IMG/VR virus record: IMGVR_UViG_3300047378_000870 | Span: 1 to 55,432 of that record | DNA: 55,432 nt | Source of the DNA: a virus | Taxonomy: Duplodnaviria; Caudoviricetes | Direction: 5' to 3' (one strand) | Part shown: positions 53,560 through 55,432 of the stretch, in pieces | Layout: each line of letters begins with the position of its first letter | Numbering within the stretch: the first letter of the stretch is position 1 | Made by a program: the position numbers and the translations under genes | Notes under the pieces: model-generated | Databases searched by the model: none | The model's input: the letters and a program-made list of their open reading frames with translations, nothing else | Told to the model about the DNA's origin: nothing

Positions 53560-55432
53560 CACTTCTTCATCAGCCCCTACTACCAGCGATCTCGCCGATG
53601 GTGAGATCGCCGTAAACACTGCTGACCAGAAAATTTATATGCGTGCAGGCAGTAATATTGTTACTGTCGCTGATGTTTCATCTTCATCAGGTCTTTCTAA
53701 TGTTGTAGAAGATACATCGCCGCAACTAGGTGGTAATCTTGATGTCAATTCAAAGAATATCAACTTTGGTGACAGTGCAAGTTCATCAGATGATAGATTG
53801 AACTTTGGTGCTGATGCAGATTTAGAAATTTATCACGATGGGACTAGTAGTTACATACATCACACAAAAGAAGTAACTTATGGTTTCCCACCTCCAACAC
53901 CTACTAAACTTATTCTAAAAAGTCAGTTAACGGAGATTCATGATGCAAACGGAGATGTTGCTCTTTCTGCTACCGAGAGCTCTATCGGTGGTTTAAAACT
54001 TTATCATGCGGGGTCGGTAAGGCTTGAGACAAAGAATCAGTTAGGCTCTCGCGATATTGACCTTGATATTTCTGGCAATACAAATCTTGATGGTATATTA
54101 TATGCCAATGGGGTCAGGTTAGATGACAGTCAATACCTTTATCTTGGCACTAATAATGACTTGCGGCTTTATCATGATGGGTCAAATAGTTATATCACTG
54201 ATGCTGGAACTGGTAGTCTAAAAATTGGCGGCAGTGTTGAACTGGTTGACGGAGTTGATGTCACTGGCGATATAACTGTTTCTGGCACTGTTGATGGTCG
54301 TGATGTTGCTACTGATGGCACTAAACTTGATACTATAGCAACAAATGCTGACGTAACTCCTTCATGGGTTCCTTCAAGCGATCCAAGTTACATCACTGGA
54401 CTTACTTTCAATAATCTTACTGGCAAAAATGCTGGCACAGGAGATTATTCTACTAATGGAGATTTAGTATCAGGCAGAGGTTCAGGTGGTGTTGCCCTTA
54501 CTATCAATGATGGCTACGGCAACGCGAACGTAACCTTTAACCACCAAAATGGCACACCAGAGCAAAACGGTCAGTCTGCTCGTATCGAAGTAAATACAGA
54601 TGCTACGTCAAACGAAGCAACAATGTATTTTGAGTTCTCAGCTTCAGATGTTACTGCTAACACCGCTGTTGGTTTGACAACTGGTATGACACTTGCACAT
54701 GACTATGTAGAAATACCGAATAGAATACGGCATGCTGGCGACAACGATACTTATGTTCACTTCGATACTGATAGAATAAGACTATTTGCTGGTGGCACTG
54801 CAAAAATTGATACTGATATTGATTACTTGCGTAGTGATGAGTCCGACACAATGACCGGCGGGTTAACTATCGACAGCGGCACAGCGACAGGGTTAACTAT
54901 CGACCACGACGACTTTGGCGCAGCTCTTAAAATCATACGAAACCACGCCTCTAACGCACCGTCTATTACGTGGGAAAATACAAGTGGTCGCATTGGTATT
55001 CTATACGCAAATGATAGCGACAATGAGCTTAAATGGCGTCCAGGGACTGGCTCAACAGACTACGGAATTTGGCACTCTGGCAACGACGGTTCAGGCTCTG
55101 GTCTTGATGCTGACTTACTCGATGGTGCTCAAGGAAGTTTGTATGCTAGGCTCGCCAGTCCGACATTCACTGGCACACCTGCTGCACCAACGGCATCAGC
55201 AGGAACAAATACTACTCAACTTGCAACAACAGCTTTTGTTACTACAGCTGTTAGCGGAGCCGCTGGCGGTATTTCTAATGTTGTAGAAGATACTACACCT
55301 CAACTGGGTGGCGATCTTGATATGAATAATAGTGGTATTACTGGAACAGGTGAAATCAATATTACAGGACAGGTGAAGTCTACTGGTAATCACGTAGCGA
55401 CCTCTGGTTTGGCAAATTTCACTGCGGGAAGT
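53528..55432 (+). CDS. Long tail fibre protein (3' end runs off the window)
   Basis: Not in the ORF track. MANVIKPKRSSTSSSAPTTSDLADGEIAVNTADQKIY; VVEDTSPQLGGNLD twice, DLEIYHDG, GSGLDADLLDG, SPTFTGTPAAPTASAGTNTTQLATTAFV. Confidence 0.85.
   Translation, partial: MANVIKPKRSSTSSSAPTTSDLADGEIAVNTADQKIYMRAGSNIVTVADVSSSSGLSNVVEDTSPQLGGNLDVNSKNINFGDSASSSDDRLNFGADADLEIYHDGTSSYIHHTKEVTYGFPPPTPTKLILKSQLTEIHDANGDVALSATESSIGGLKLYHAGSVRLETKNQLGSRDIDLDISGNTNLDGILYANGVRLDDSQYLYLGTNNDLRLYHDGSNSYITDAGTGSLKIGGSVELVDGVDVTGDITVSGTVDGRDVATDGTKLDTIATNADVTPSWVPSSDPSYITGLTFNNLTGKNAGTGDYSTNGDLVSGRGSGGVALTINDGYGNANVTFNHQNGTPEQNGQSARIEVNTDATSNEATMYFEFSASDVTANTAVGLTTGMTLAHDYVEIPNRIRHAGDNDTYVHFDTDRIRLFAGGTAKIDTDIDYLRSDESDTMTGGLTIDSGTATGLTIDHDDFGAALKIIRNHASNAPSITWENTSGRIGILYANDSDNELKWRPGTGSTDYGIWHSGNDGSGSGLDADLLDGAQGSLYARLASPTFTGTPAAPTASAGTNTTQLATTAFVTTAVSGAAGGISNVVEDTTPQLGGDLDMNNSGITGTGEINITGQVKSTGNHVATSGLANFTAGS

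Noticed and set aside
1-55432. Stop-codon reassignment
   Set aside because: Core genes are full length in code 11 and TAA, TAG and TGA all end genes at expected positions.

Overview
This window is a fragment of a T4-like myophage genome, probably marine, similar in layout to pelagimyophage-type phages. From left to right it contains: (1) a minus-strand curli/type VIII secretion-like operon (two small membrane proteins, csgF, csgG, an acidic curlin-like protein and a FecR-domain protein) behind a T4 late promoter; (2) a glycan/small-molecule tailoring island (methyltransferase, GT2, radical SAM enzymes, epimerases, SGNH proteins, carbamoyltransferase) running into phoH and an exonuclease; (3) a circularly permuted two-piece tmRNA with tag ANDNNAYEGYALAA; (4) gp33-gp59-gp32; (5) a tail/baseplate module (putative tape measure, gp51, gp26, tube-like protein, gp2, gp4, gp48, gp53, hub, gp5, gp25, PAAR, gp6, gp7, gp8, VrlC-like); (6) a second glycosyltransferase island inserted among virion genes; (7) modular tail-fibre genes. 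The most notable signals not shown by the ORF track are a candidate -1 frameshift fusing gp26 to gp51 (tail-chaperone G/GT-like), the permuted tmRNA, a glycosyltransferase fused to a dead radical-SAM/SPASM module with a probable ATA start, and several apparently leaderless transcripts. All calls come from reading motifs by eye; no database searches were run.
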